Source of the DNA: an uncultured archaeon
Lineage (GTDB): Archaea; Iainarchaeota; Iainarchaeia; Iainarchaeales; 1-14-0-10-31-34
DNA length: 52,261 nt
Direction of reading: 5' to 3'
NCBI GenBank assembly: GCA_964442255.1
Contig: CAYTYC010000009.1
Location: forward strand, 1-52,261
This document shows, in pieces, positions 44,792-52,261 of this stretch. Made by a program: the position numbers and the translations under genes. Each line of letters starts with the position of its first letter. The first letter of the stretch is position 1. Below the pieces are notes generated by a model. The model worked only from the letters and a program-made list of their open reading frames with translations, had not been told where the DNA came from and ran no database searches.

Positions 44792-45892
44792 TCAACTGAA
44801 CGGCCTGGAGTCTCTCCTGAGGAAAAGGCTGCTTTCCTTTCCCAGTTTGTCCAAAATCTTGTTGAAAACCGTTTCAACCTCGTTTCCGTGCAGCCTTGCG
44901 CGGAGGTCCGCCTCTATAAGCACCGCGGGATAAGCGTATTCGCGGTGCATGCAGGAAAGCTTCATTGCAACTTTTGCGGCTTCATCCGCTTTTTTTGAAA
45001 TGCTTCCATTATCTGCAAGGAACTCTATCCGCAAAGGGCGGTCATAAGTGCAGGGCTTTAAGTAAAGGGCATGGATTCTTTCAGCCCAGCCTGAATCAAA
45101 GTCTTTCAGTATTGCATGTTCCCCAATTGAACCCGAATAATGGAAAGCAAAGCTTCTCTCCCCTTTTTGAAGCAAAAACTGGAGGAGGCTGGAGTCAAAC
45201 AAGTTATCCAGTAAAGCGGAGTCAACAAAAGCTTTTTTTGAAAGAACCTCCCTTTGGAGAAGGTTGCGGAGCCTTGAGCCGCGGGAATCCTCCACCGCGC
45301 CAATTAAGGCGCAGTTTTTTTTGTCTGCGGCAGAGTAAAGGTTTTGGAACAATTCCAGCATTTCCCGGTAAACGGAATTCAGCCGCGAGTCCTTTCTTGG
45401 CTTGTCCGCGTACTGCGGGACAATTGAGCCGTCCAGAAAACAGTACTGCGGGGAAAACTTTTCAATCATCTCGGTTGCTGTTCTCACCTCTTCCTTTAGG
45501 CGGAGCAGGGACTTGTTGCACAGGAATTCGTCGTTCTCCAGATCGTTTGAAGAAAGGAAGGGGTTCGGGAAAGAGAAAGCGTTTGGATGGTACTGGACTT
45601 CCTTCACCTTGCTTTTCTCGTAATCAAATACTGCGCCAACCGCGCGGATTAAAACAATGTCAAGGGAATACAGCCTTTTTCCCACAAAGCCCGAGTCAAT
45701 TCCCGCAATCCTGTGGTTTAATTCTGTTTCCTTCACCTTTTGAACAAATTTTTCCTCTAAAAGCTCTTTGGAGCCAAGCTTCAGGAGGTTTTCCTCCCTT
45801 AATCCGGAAAGCTTTCCGGCCAGGGACTTTTTCCTTGACTCTGTCTTGTTGATTTTGTCAACCGATTCGGTTATGAGTGAAGTGAAGGGCAT
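44792..45892 (-). CDS. nurA: NurA 5'-3' nuclease
   Basis: IAGIDSG, LRLKEE, FLDGSI, YAYPAVLIEADLRA. Confidence 0.9.
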   Translation of the reverse strand: MPFTSLITESVDKINKTESRKKSLAGKLSGLREENLLKLGSKELLEEKFVQKVKETELNHRIAGIDSGFVGKRLYSLDIVLIRAVGAVFDYEKSKVKEVQYHPNAFSFPNPFLSSNDLENDEFLCNKSLLRLKEEVRTATEMIEKFSPQYCFLDGSIVPQYADKPRKDSRLNSVYREMLELFQNLYSAADKKNCALIGAVEDSRGSRLRNLLQREVLSKKAFVDSALLDNLFDSSLLQFLLQKGERSFAFHYSGSIGEHAILKDFDSGWAERIHALYLKPCTYDRPLRIEFLADNGSISKKADEAAKVAMKLSCMHREYAYPAVLIEADLRARLHGNEVETVFNKILDKLGKESSLFLRRDSRPFS

Positions 45893-45931
45893 AAAGGGAG
45901 AAAGGGAAAAACGCCTTAAAAAGGCTTTAGG

Positions 45932-46298
45932 GGGGGCAGATTTCCTGTGAACATCAGAACCTGCGGTTTCAACCCGTATTCGAACCCCTTTTGATCAAAC
46001 TTCCTTGCAATCCATGGATTGCGGGGCCCCATAAAAGCAAATCTTTTGCAGGGTTTCCAAAAGTTTGCCCGATGCCTCCACGTTTTTGGTCAACCCCCCT
46101 GTTGAAGCAAGGCTCGTTGAAAAACTTTAAGTTTTTCGACGCGTCGGAAACCCGCAGGTTTCCAACGTCACGTGGCCACGCAAACCAAAGGTTTGCATGG
46201 TTTTCCAAAGGGTTGAATCAGGGTCCATGGTTTACCCAAACCGGCCGCTGCAAGCGGATCTGGCTGGCGCCACAGGGGTCACGGCACTTTCCACTCCC
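45932..46298 (-). ncRNA. Candidate large structured RNA or palindromic composite element
   Basis: Nested long-range pairings favouring the minus strand (G-U pairs), TATA-like box about 27 nt upstream, and two embedded copies of the 14260 repeat. Confidence 0.45.
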
Positions 46299-46376
46299 GC
46301 AAACAAGCGGAAAAAAAGAAAACGTTTAAATATTCCTGAAGCCTTTTGTTTTACGCGGATTTTTTTTGGTGAAAAC

Positions 46377-46697
46377 TTGAGGGCAGTTTTTGAGTTAAAG
46401 GAAATACAGCAGCAATGGAGGCCGCCTTTCAGGAAAAACGTTTCCTCCCGAGAGGTTTCAGTGGAAGAAACGGCTTTCTTCGGTCAAAACGGCGATGATG
46501 AACCCACCTTCAAGTTTCTGGGAATGAACGGCGGGAAAGCACAGATCCTGTTTTCCTCCCTTTACACCCTGAAAGGGCACGAGCACCCCGGAAACAGGGT
46601 GGTTGAGCTTTCGCCCGGGGAAGAGGCAAGCTTTTCCGCATTATGGCAGGAAAACGGCTTAACCAAAAAATTAAAGCTCTTGAACGTGTTCGGGTAG
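46377..46697 (+). CDS. Hypothetical protein
   Basis: GGTGA then TTG at 46377; the upstream ORF extension runs through the structured element. Confidence 0.6.
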   Translation: MRAVFELKEIQQQWRPPFRKNVSSREVSVEETAFFGQNGDDEPTFKFLGMNGGKAQILFSSLYTLKGHEHPGNRVVELSPGEEASFSALWQENGLTKKLKLLNVFG

Positions 46698-46729
46698 GGT
46701 TTTAAACAGGTTAAAAACACTAATTATTT

Positions 46730-47020
46730 ATGCCAAAAATTCCGAAACCTGTTGGGCGGCTGATAGGCAGAAGAAAAAGGGAAAACAAAAGAAACAAAGA
46801 AAAGGCAACGCGCCTCGAACCTGAAGCGCGAATCCTCAGGCAAAGAAGCCTTGATTCCGGGAAAACGTTTTCAAATACAAGAAAGTTGGCCGACTTTCTG
46901 AAAGCACTGGACATTGAAAGAAGCAGCCTCTCGGCGCAAATACTCGCGGAAGCAGGCAAAAAGTCCCCTGACCCGAAAAAAATTGGAGAGCTGCAGGAAA
47001 GAAGAATGGAAATGAGATAG
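46730..47020 (+). CDS. Hypothetical basic protein
   Basis: 96-aa ORF ending at the hairpin next to the IS element; possibly truncated by it. Confidence 0.5.
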   Translation: MPKIPKPVGRLIGRRKRENKRNKEKATRLEPEARILRQRSLDSGKTFSNTRKLADFLKALDIERSSLSAQILAEAGKKSPDPKKIGELQERRMEMR

Positions 47021-47600
47021 GGGCTCCGCCCCTATGACCCCGTGAATTTGCTCTGCGGGCTTTTCAAGCCCGCAGTATCGTGCATTTTCATTTTTATATC
47101 GCGTCTTCTATAACTTGAATATTGTGGTGTTCTGCTTGGCTTTTGATGTATGCTGTTGCTTTGGCTTGGTCTGCGCCGAAGCTTTCGTGGTGTTCGTATC
47201 CGGACCAGAAACTGCCTCTTGGATAGCGTTTCCTGAAGTTGGGCTTGTCCCTGAACACGCGTTTGGCTGACCATGTTTTCAGCATGGTTTTTGCATTCAG
47301 CATTGAATACTTTTCCGGCACGTTCACTGCAAAGTGAACGTGGGTTCCGGCAAAGCCGAACGCGCCGAACTCAAACCCGAACTGTTCCAGTTCTTTGAAG
47401 CCTGCTTCACAGACATTAATAGTGCTGCGTTTCCTGAAAACGTTAAACCTGTATTTTGACACAAACATGAACATGACCCAGTTGTTCCGCGTGTCAACAC
47501 TCGCTTTTTTACAGCTAACGCTACTTAAATCACTCATAAATTTCAACTCTCCTGTAGCGCCAACCATAGGGCGCCGCGACAGCGGCGCCACGCGCTACCG
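47017..47600 (-). mobile_element. IS200-like element (tnpA only) with flanking hairpins
   Basis: Hairpins at 47017-47035, 47053-47075 and 47570-47589 flank a Y1 transposase; exact ends uncertain. Confidence 0.75.
47094..47537 (-). CDS. tnpA: IS200/IS605 family HUH Y1 transposase
   Basis: FVSKYR, HVH (HUH), LKTWSAK, FWSGY, catalytic YIKSQ; ATG at 47537 after GGAG. Confidence 0.9.
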   Translation of the reverse strand: MSDLSSVSCKKASVDTRNNWVMFMFVSKYRFNVFRKRSTINVCEAGFKELEQFGFEFGAFGFAGTHVHFAVNVPEKYSMLNAKTMLKTWSAKRVFRDKPNFRKRYPRGSFWSGYEHHESFGADQAKATAYIKSQAEHHNIQVIEDAI

Positions 47601-47738
47601 GACACTACTTGGAAGAAACAGCATTTAAAAACTCTCAAGCGGCCGCTTCTCAAACGGCGGGCACAAAGGTGCCAAAACAGCATAAACCGCCGTATTAGCG
47701 GCCGCATAAATTCAGCCTATACAATAAAAAAACAGGTT

Positions 47739-48212
47739 TTGAGGTCAAGGCAGGAGGCCGCAGAGTTAAGGGCCTTCAAGGACTTGTGCGGGCTTTACTC
47801 CCAAAAATACGGAATCCCGCTTCCAGGGGCGCATGCACCGGATGACATAATTCTTCTGCGCCTTGAAAGGATTTCAAAGGAAGAGGAAGCCATAAGCAGG
47901 GGCAAGGCAAGGGCAGAAGAACGCGGCAACCTGCCTTTTAAGGGCGTGAAAGAATTGCACGCAAAAATGAGGGTTGGAAGAAAAACAGACGAACTCGTGG
48001 AGGAATGGAAAAAAGAAGCTTCAGGGAAAAGCTTTGAAGAACTCATCAAACTGCACGGAGAAACTTCACTAAAACTGGCTTTAGTTGGAAAATTTGCCTA
48101 CAATGCAACCAGTGTCCTGCAATGGAAGTACGCAAATGAGTTAAAAGGAGTTCTTGCCCTAAAAAATGAAGTAATTGAAGCCCTTATATACGCAAAGGCC
48201 CTGGGGCGGTGA
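47739..48212 (+). CDS. Hypothetical helical protein
   Basis: ORF overlapping the pth2 start, with host-like codon usage. Confidence 0.6.
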   Translation: MRSRQEAAELRAFKDLCGLYSQKYGIPLPGAHAPDDIILLRLERISKEEEAISRGKARAEERGNLPFKGVKELHAKMRVGRKTDELVEEWKKEASGKSFEELIKLHGETSLKLALVGKFAYNATSVLQWKYANELKGVLALKNEVIEALIYAKALGR

Positions 48213-48565
48213 AAATGTCTTTAAAGCAGGTTATAGTGGTCAGAAACGATTTAAAAATGGGGAAAGGGAAAACCGCGGCGCAGTGCGCGCACGCATCCGT
48301 GGAAGGCGTGGAAAAAGCCTTAAAGGAAAAGCCGGAATGGGTTAAGGAATGGAAAGGGGAAGGCCAGGAAAAGGTTGTGGTAAAGGTTGAAAGCAAAAAA
48401 GAGTTTCTGGAATTGTTTGAGCTCACAAGAAAAAAATTTCCTTCCGCGCTCATAAAGGATGCGGGAAGAACGCAAATAAAGGCAGGGGAAGCAACATGCT
48501 TTGCGCTCGGCCCTGCGCCTGAAAAAAAATTGGATGAATTCACAAAAAAACTGAAACTGCTTTAA
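48209..48565 (+). CDS. pth2: Peptidyl-tRNA hydrolase Pth2
   Basis: KQVIVVRNDLKMGKGKTAAQCAHA, DAGRTQI, GPAP. Confidence 0.96.
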   Translation: MKMSLKQVIVVRNDLKMGKGKTAAQCAHASVEGVEKALKEKPEWVKEWKGEGQEKVVVKVESKKEFLELFELTRKKFPSALIKDAGRTQIKAGEATCFALGPAPEKKLDEFTKKLKLL

Positions 48566-48576
48566 AGGCGGTTGGA

Positions 48577-49335
48577 ATGCGGATTGGGTACTGGAAACGG
48601 GTTCAAAGCGTGGTGGAGGAAAGCGACCTGCTGCTGGAGATAATTGACGCAAGGTTTCCGATTTCCACGCGCAACAGGCGCGTTGAAAAGGAAATCAAAA
48701 AACAGGGAAAAAAGCTTGCCCTGGTTTTAAACAAAGCCGACCTGGTTTCCGGGAAACAGGTTAAGGAATCCAAAAAAATTCTGGGAAAACGCTTCACGGT
48801 TGTTTTTGTTTCAGTTAAAACAAGGAAAGGAATCGGAAGGCTAAGGGAACTGGTTGCAACAATTGCCGGGGAAAAAAGGCTGAGGATTGGGGTGATTGGC
48901 TACCCGAACACGGGAAAAAGCTCAATAATAAACGCGCTGACAGGAAAGAAAAGGGCAAAAGTTTCTCCCACCGCGGGGTACACGAAAGGGGAGCAGTGGA
49001 TTAGGGTTTCAGGAAAAATTCAGATGGTGGACACTCCCGGAGTGATTCCGTTTGAAAAAATGGATGAAGGGGAGTTGGCGCTTTTGAATGCGAAAACACC
49101 GGAACAATTAAAGGACCCCCTTGCTGCAGGGGAAAAGGTTGTGGAATTTTTCCAGAAAAATTACCCTGAAAAATTTTTGGAAGCATTCGGGGTGAAGTGC
49201 GGGGAAAGGGATGCGGAAGAAGTCTTGGAGGAACTGGCGGAAAAAAAAGGAAAACTCCTTAAAGGCGGAAAGCCTGACTTAAACAATGTTTCCAAATGGC
49301 TTTTAAAGGAATGGCAGAGGGGAAAATTCGGGTAA
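48577..49335 (+). CDS. Circularly permuted ribosome biogenesis GTPase (YlqF/RbgA family)
   Basis: DARFP, NKAD before GYPNTGKSS, DTPG. Confidence 0.93.
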   Translation: MRIGYWKRVQSVVEESDLLLEIIDARFPISTRNRRVEKEIKKQGKKLALVLNKADLVSGKQVKESKKILGKRFTVVFVSVKTRKGIGRLRELVATIAGEKRLRIGVIGYPNTGKSSIINALTGKKRAKVSPTAGYTKGEQWIRVSGKIQMVDTPGVIPFEKMDEGELALLNAKTPEQLKDPLAAGEKVVEFFQKNYPEKFLEAFGVKCGERDAEEVLEELAEKKGKLLKGGKPDLNNVSKWLLKEWQRGKFG

Positions 49336-50178
49336 TCAGGAAACATTTACTGTTGTCGTGTACTCGTTGTTGAAGTACTCTAACTCCGGTTCAATGCAAT
49401 AAGAGCTTAATTCAATCCCATACTCCCCTGGCGAATCGTAAACAACAAAACAGGAGATGCTGTAATCTGTTTCAGGGTAAAACAAAAGACCTAAATCAGT
49501 GTCTTCTTCCGTTAAGTCAAGCGCCCCAGGCCATGTGGAAATAACCTCCAAACCCAAGCCGTTTCCGAATTCAATTGTTGTCAAAAGCTCTGAACATCCG
49601 GAAAAGCCTATGTTCCGCAGGGTTAACTCAAAGTCCATTTCATCTCCTGAAACCGCTTCCTCAGGAAAAAACTCCAGTTCCTTTACCGCAATGTCAGGCC
49701 TTTGCTCTTGCCTTCTGCACACGGTTTTCCCCACGTCCTCCACCCAGCCGCCTTGAGGCAAAAACATTTCAATAGGCCTGCAAACGCACTCCACCCCCGG
49801 AAAAGGGCTCACTATCTCTGCATCAGGGTTTTGGGCAAGAAGGTTTTCCAAATTAACGCAGGAATCCTTCTCCATTCCCGGGGGATCCAAAACATAAGTG
49901 CAGTCCTCATCAGCTTTACAGGAGGTAATGTAAGGCAAGGAAAAATCCGGCACAACAATTTCGGGCCTTGGGGCTTCAAACTCGTTTAACTCTGTTTTAA
50001 GTGGTTCAGAAAAAACCTGCTGCCCTTCACCAATGCTTTCGCCTGTGTTTTCGTCAACAGAAACGTTTTCGTCGCCTTCCCCCTTCAGCGTGTTTCCGTT
50101 ATCATGTAAAGGCCCGGGAAAAATGCAGCCAACAAAAAGAAAGGCTAAAGCCAGGAGCAAAGCAGGAAAGGGCTTCAT
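49336..50178 (-). CDS. Acidic lipoprotein-like surface protein with CARDB-like C-terminal domain
   Basis: LFVGC lipobox, Cys-rich middle, PDIAV...RNIG...E...NN pattern. Confidence 0.65.
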   Translation of the reverse strand: MKPFPALLLALAFLFVGCIFPGPLHDNGNTLKGEGDENVSVDENTGESIGEGQQVFSEPLKTELNEFEAPRPEIVVPDFSLPYITSCKADEDCTYVLDPPGMEKDSCVNLENLLAQNPDAEIVSPFPGVECVCRPIEMFLPQGGWVEDVGKTVCRRQEQRPDIAVKELEFFPEEAVSGDEMDFELTLRNIGFSGCSELLTTIEFGNGLGLEVISTWPGALDLTEEDTDLGLLFYPETDYSISCFVVYDSPGEYGIELSSYCIEPELEYFNNEYTTTVNVS

Positions 50179-50233
50179 GCAAAAAAAATAGGGAAAAAAA
50201 CCTTATTAAACCCCTTTGCCTTAATCTGATACC

Positions 50234-50893
50234 ATGCCATTGTGGAGAAAAAAGTTTGCGGCAAGCGCCTTTCTTATGATGATGGCTTTCTTTGGGGCCA
50301 TTCTCGCATACCTTTTCTTCTTCAACACAGGGCTGGAAATAATCCAAAACCCCGCGCTTGGCGAAAGCGGTTTTTACCTGAAAAACAGCAGCTCGCACAT
50401 CATAAGGGATGCCACGGTTAAGGCGGTGGACGGGGAAAAAAAAACCCTTTTAATCAGGGTGCCGAAGCTGATGCCCGGGGAATCAGCAAAAATTGAATTG
50501 CCGGAACAGGCGCAAAGCAGTGTCACGCTTTTGGCTGAAGCGCCACACCATTTAAGCGTTTCAAGGGTTGTTTCAATCCAGAGGGAAAGGGAAGTCAAAT
50601 TAAGCCATGAAATAATTGTGCCGGAAAAGGTTCCTGTGGGCGTGGCTTTTGCGCTCAAATTAAAGCTCTGCAACCAGGGCCCGGACATTGAAGGCGTGGA
50701 AATCGAGCAGGTTTTTCCGCAGGGCTTCTTTGAAGCAGAGGAAGAAAAAAGGGTTGAATCACTCAGACACGGGGAATGCAGGAGCCTGAACTACACTTTA
50801 ACCGCATTGAAAAAGGGCACTGCAACAATCCTTTTTAAGGTCAAAGCATTAAATTATTACGACAAATTTGAGGCAAAAATTGAGGTAATCTGA
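50234..50893 (+). CDS. Membrane-anchored protein with Ig-like domains
   Basis: N-terminal TM, beta-sandwich-like patterns. Confidence 0.65.
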   Translation: MPLWRKKFAASAFLMMMAFFGAILAYLFFFNTGLEIIQNPALGESGFYLKNSSSHIIRDATVKAVDGEKKTLLIRVPKLMPGESAKIELPEQAQSSVTLLAEAPHHLSVSRVVSIQREREVKLSHEIIVPEKVPVGVAFALKLKLCNQGPDIEGVEIEQVFPQGFFEAEEEKRVESLRHGECRSLNYTLTALKKGTATILFKVKALNYYDKFEAKIEVI

Positions 50894-51378
50894 TGACCAA
50901 AGGAAAAGAGGCAAGCATAATTGAAATCATTGAGGAAATGGTTAGGGCGGGGGAAAGCGAGGAAAAAATCGTGCAAACCCTGAAAGACATCGGAATAAGC
51001 GACAAGCAGGCAAAAAAGCTTTTGCTTTTGGGGGAAGCAGACACCTTTGCACTGCTTAAAAACGAGATACGGAAAATAGTGAAAGAAGACATGGAAAAAG
51101 AAAAGGAAGTGCTTTTAGAGGCAATCTCCGATGAAATAGAGAAAAGCGAAGAAAAAGTGGAAACCCATGTGAAAAAAGCGATAGAGGAAATGCGGAAAAG
51201 CCTGAAACAACAGATAGCTGAACAGCAGACAGAAGAAGACAAGAAAGAAAAAATGAGGGAAATCGTGAGAATGCTGGAGCAGCCCAAGGCATCGCACGGA
51301 ATAAAGTATGACGCGGTTGTGCACGGAAAAAAGGTTTCAAAGGACAAGGAAAAAAAAGTAAAGGAAGTGAAGCTTTGA
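50893..51378 (+). CDS. Hypothetical coiled-coil protein, paralog 1
   Basis: N-terminal domain ASIIEIIEEMVRAGESEEKIVQTL...LLLLGEA shared with the next gene. Confidence 0.75.
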   Translation: MTKGKEASIIEIIEEMVRAGESEEKIVQTLKDIGISDKQAKKLLLLGEADTFALLKNEIRKIVKEDMEKEKEVLLEAISDEIEKSEEKVETHVKKAIEEMRKSLKQQIAEQQTEEDKKEKMREIVRMLEQPKASHGIKYDAVVHGKKVSKDKEKKVKEVKL

Positions 51379-52055
51379 GCCCGAAAAAGGCAGGCAAAAA
51401 AAAGGCCAGCATAATTGAAGTGATTCAGGAAATGGTTTCCGCCGGGGAACCGGAAGAAAAAATCGTGCAAACCCTTGTGGACCTGGGCGTGGAAAAAGAG
51501 CAGGCAAAACGGCTTTTATTGCTTGGGGAAGCAAACACCTTTGCCGTGCTGGAAGCCGAAATAAGGAAGATTGTGGCAAAAAATTTGGATGAAAAAAAAC
51601 CGGAAATAAGTTCCTTCATCCAAGAGGAAGTGAAAACAGTTGGGGGAAAGCACAAAAAAGAGTCCGTTAAAGAGCTTTCGGCCTCGCTTCAAGGCGAAGC
51701 CGAAAAATTCAGGAAAAACGTTCAGGAAAGGCAGAAAAAATTTGAGTCCCGGGTAAACTCGCGGCTGACGGAGTTAGGGGATTTGGCTGGAAGCCTGAAG
51801 TCAAACCAGGAAATTTTAACCCACGAAGTGGAACAGTTTGCGGCGGACATGAATGAAGTCAAATTAAAGGGCTTGGGCCTGAAAAACAGGTTTGTGAGCC
51901 TGACTTTCATTGGCTTGGGCCTGGCGTTTTTGATTGTAACAATGTACCTTTTTGTTACGCGGTTCGGGGAAGCCGTAACCGTGGACTCCATCATTATTAC
52001 CGCGATAATGGCGTTTATCGGGGTTGCATTGCTGTTTGTGGCCAGCATCATTTAA
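51375..52055 (+). CDS. Hypothetical coiled-coil protein with two C-terminal TMs, paralog 2
   Basis: ASIIEVIQEMVSAGEPEEKIVQTL...LLLLGEA, coiled coil, two TM helices. Confidence 0.78.
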   Translation: MSPKKAGKKKASIIEVIQEMVSAGEPEEKIVQTLVDLGVEKEQAKRLLLLGEANTFAVLEAEIRKIVAKNLDEKKPEISSFIQEEVKTVGGKHKKESVKELSASLQGEAEKFRKNVQERQKKFESRVNSRLTELGDLAGSLKSNQEILTHEVEQFAADMNEVKLKGLGLKNRFVSLTFIGLGLAFLIVTMYLFVTRFGEAVTVDSIIITAIMAFIGVALLFVASII

Positions 52056-52181
52056 TCAGAGTTTTCTGGTCAAATCGCTGTACTGCTTTAAGTTGTCTAT
52101 TGCGTCCTGCAAGAGAATGCGGTTCCTGAGGCTTTTCTCTTTCCCGAGATGCCATTCAATTTTTGAAATGAGTTCTTCCAT
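52056..52181 (-). CDS. Possible 41-aa protein
   Basis: MEELISKIEWHLGKEKSLRNRILLQDAIDNLKQYSDLTRKL*, stop abutting the convergent gene. Confidence 0.35.
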   Translation of the reverse strand: MEELISKIEWHLGKEKSLRNRILLQDAIDNLKQYSDLTRKL

Positions 52182-52261
52182 AAAATGAGCCTTCTTCCAA
52201 TATAATTGCCCTGGGAAGGATTTAAAAAACTGATTTTATGACATCCTTCCACGGCTAAAGC

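Noticed and set aside
41384..45892. HerA-based anti-phage system (Sir2-HerA type)
   Set aside because: The partner is NurA with rad50 nearby, which is the housekeeping resection module.
45932..46298. RNase P, SRP or 5S rRNA call
   Set aside because: Hallmark motifs (RNase P CR-I/CR-V, SRP helix 8) were not found by eye.

Overview
Archaeal chromosomal window, most likely from a DPANN-type genome. The lineage is inferred from gene content and compact organisation and cannot be proven from the sequence. Housekeeping content includes ABCE1, pelota, Elp3, Taw3, class I CCA-adding enzyme, EF-1beta, rpS17e, Rpo6/RpoK, Pth2, an RbgA-like GTPase, ApgM, tRNA-Arg(TCG) and a dispersed rad50/herA/nurA repair locus. 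The herA gene carries a 168-aa mini-intein in its Walker A motif. Accessory content includes four type IV pilin-like genes, an orphan CpaF/TadA ATPase, Doc/Fic and PemK-like toxins, an IS200-type tnpA and a MacB-type ABC operon whose ATPase has an in-frame TAG. Five unexplained signals stand out. (1) An AT-rich island (~20333-26513) is cut into gene modules by four related att-like sites, each a 14-bp ACC...GCC core with inverted arms, and no recombinase is present in the window. (2) A catalytically dead PolB palm/fingers protein carries an insertion resembling a GINS B-domain. (3) A 68-bp multi-hairpin tandem array lies directly 3' of the tRNA. (4) A ~370-nt nested-stem intergenic element contains copies of a dispersed palindromic repeat. 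(5) An HTH-flanked degenerate LAGLIDADG protein is present. All family calls come from motif recognition by eye; no database searches were run.
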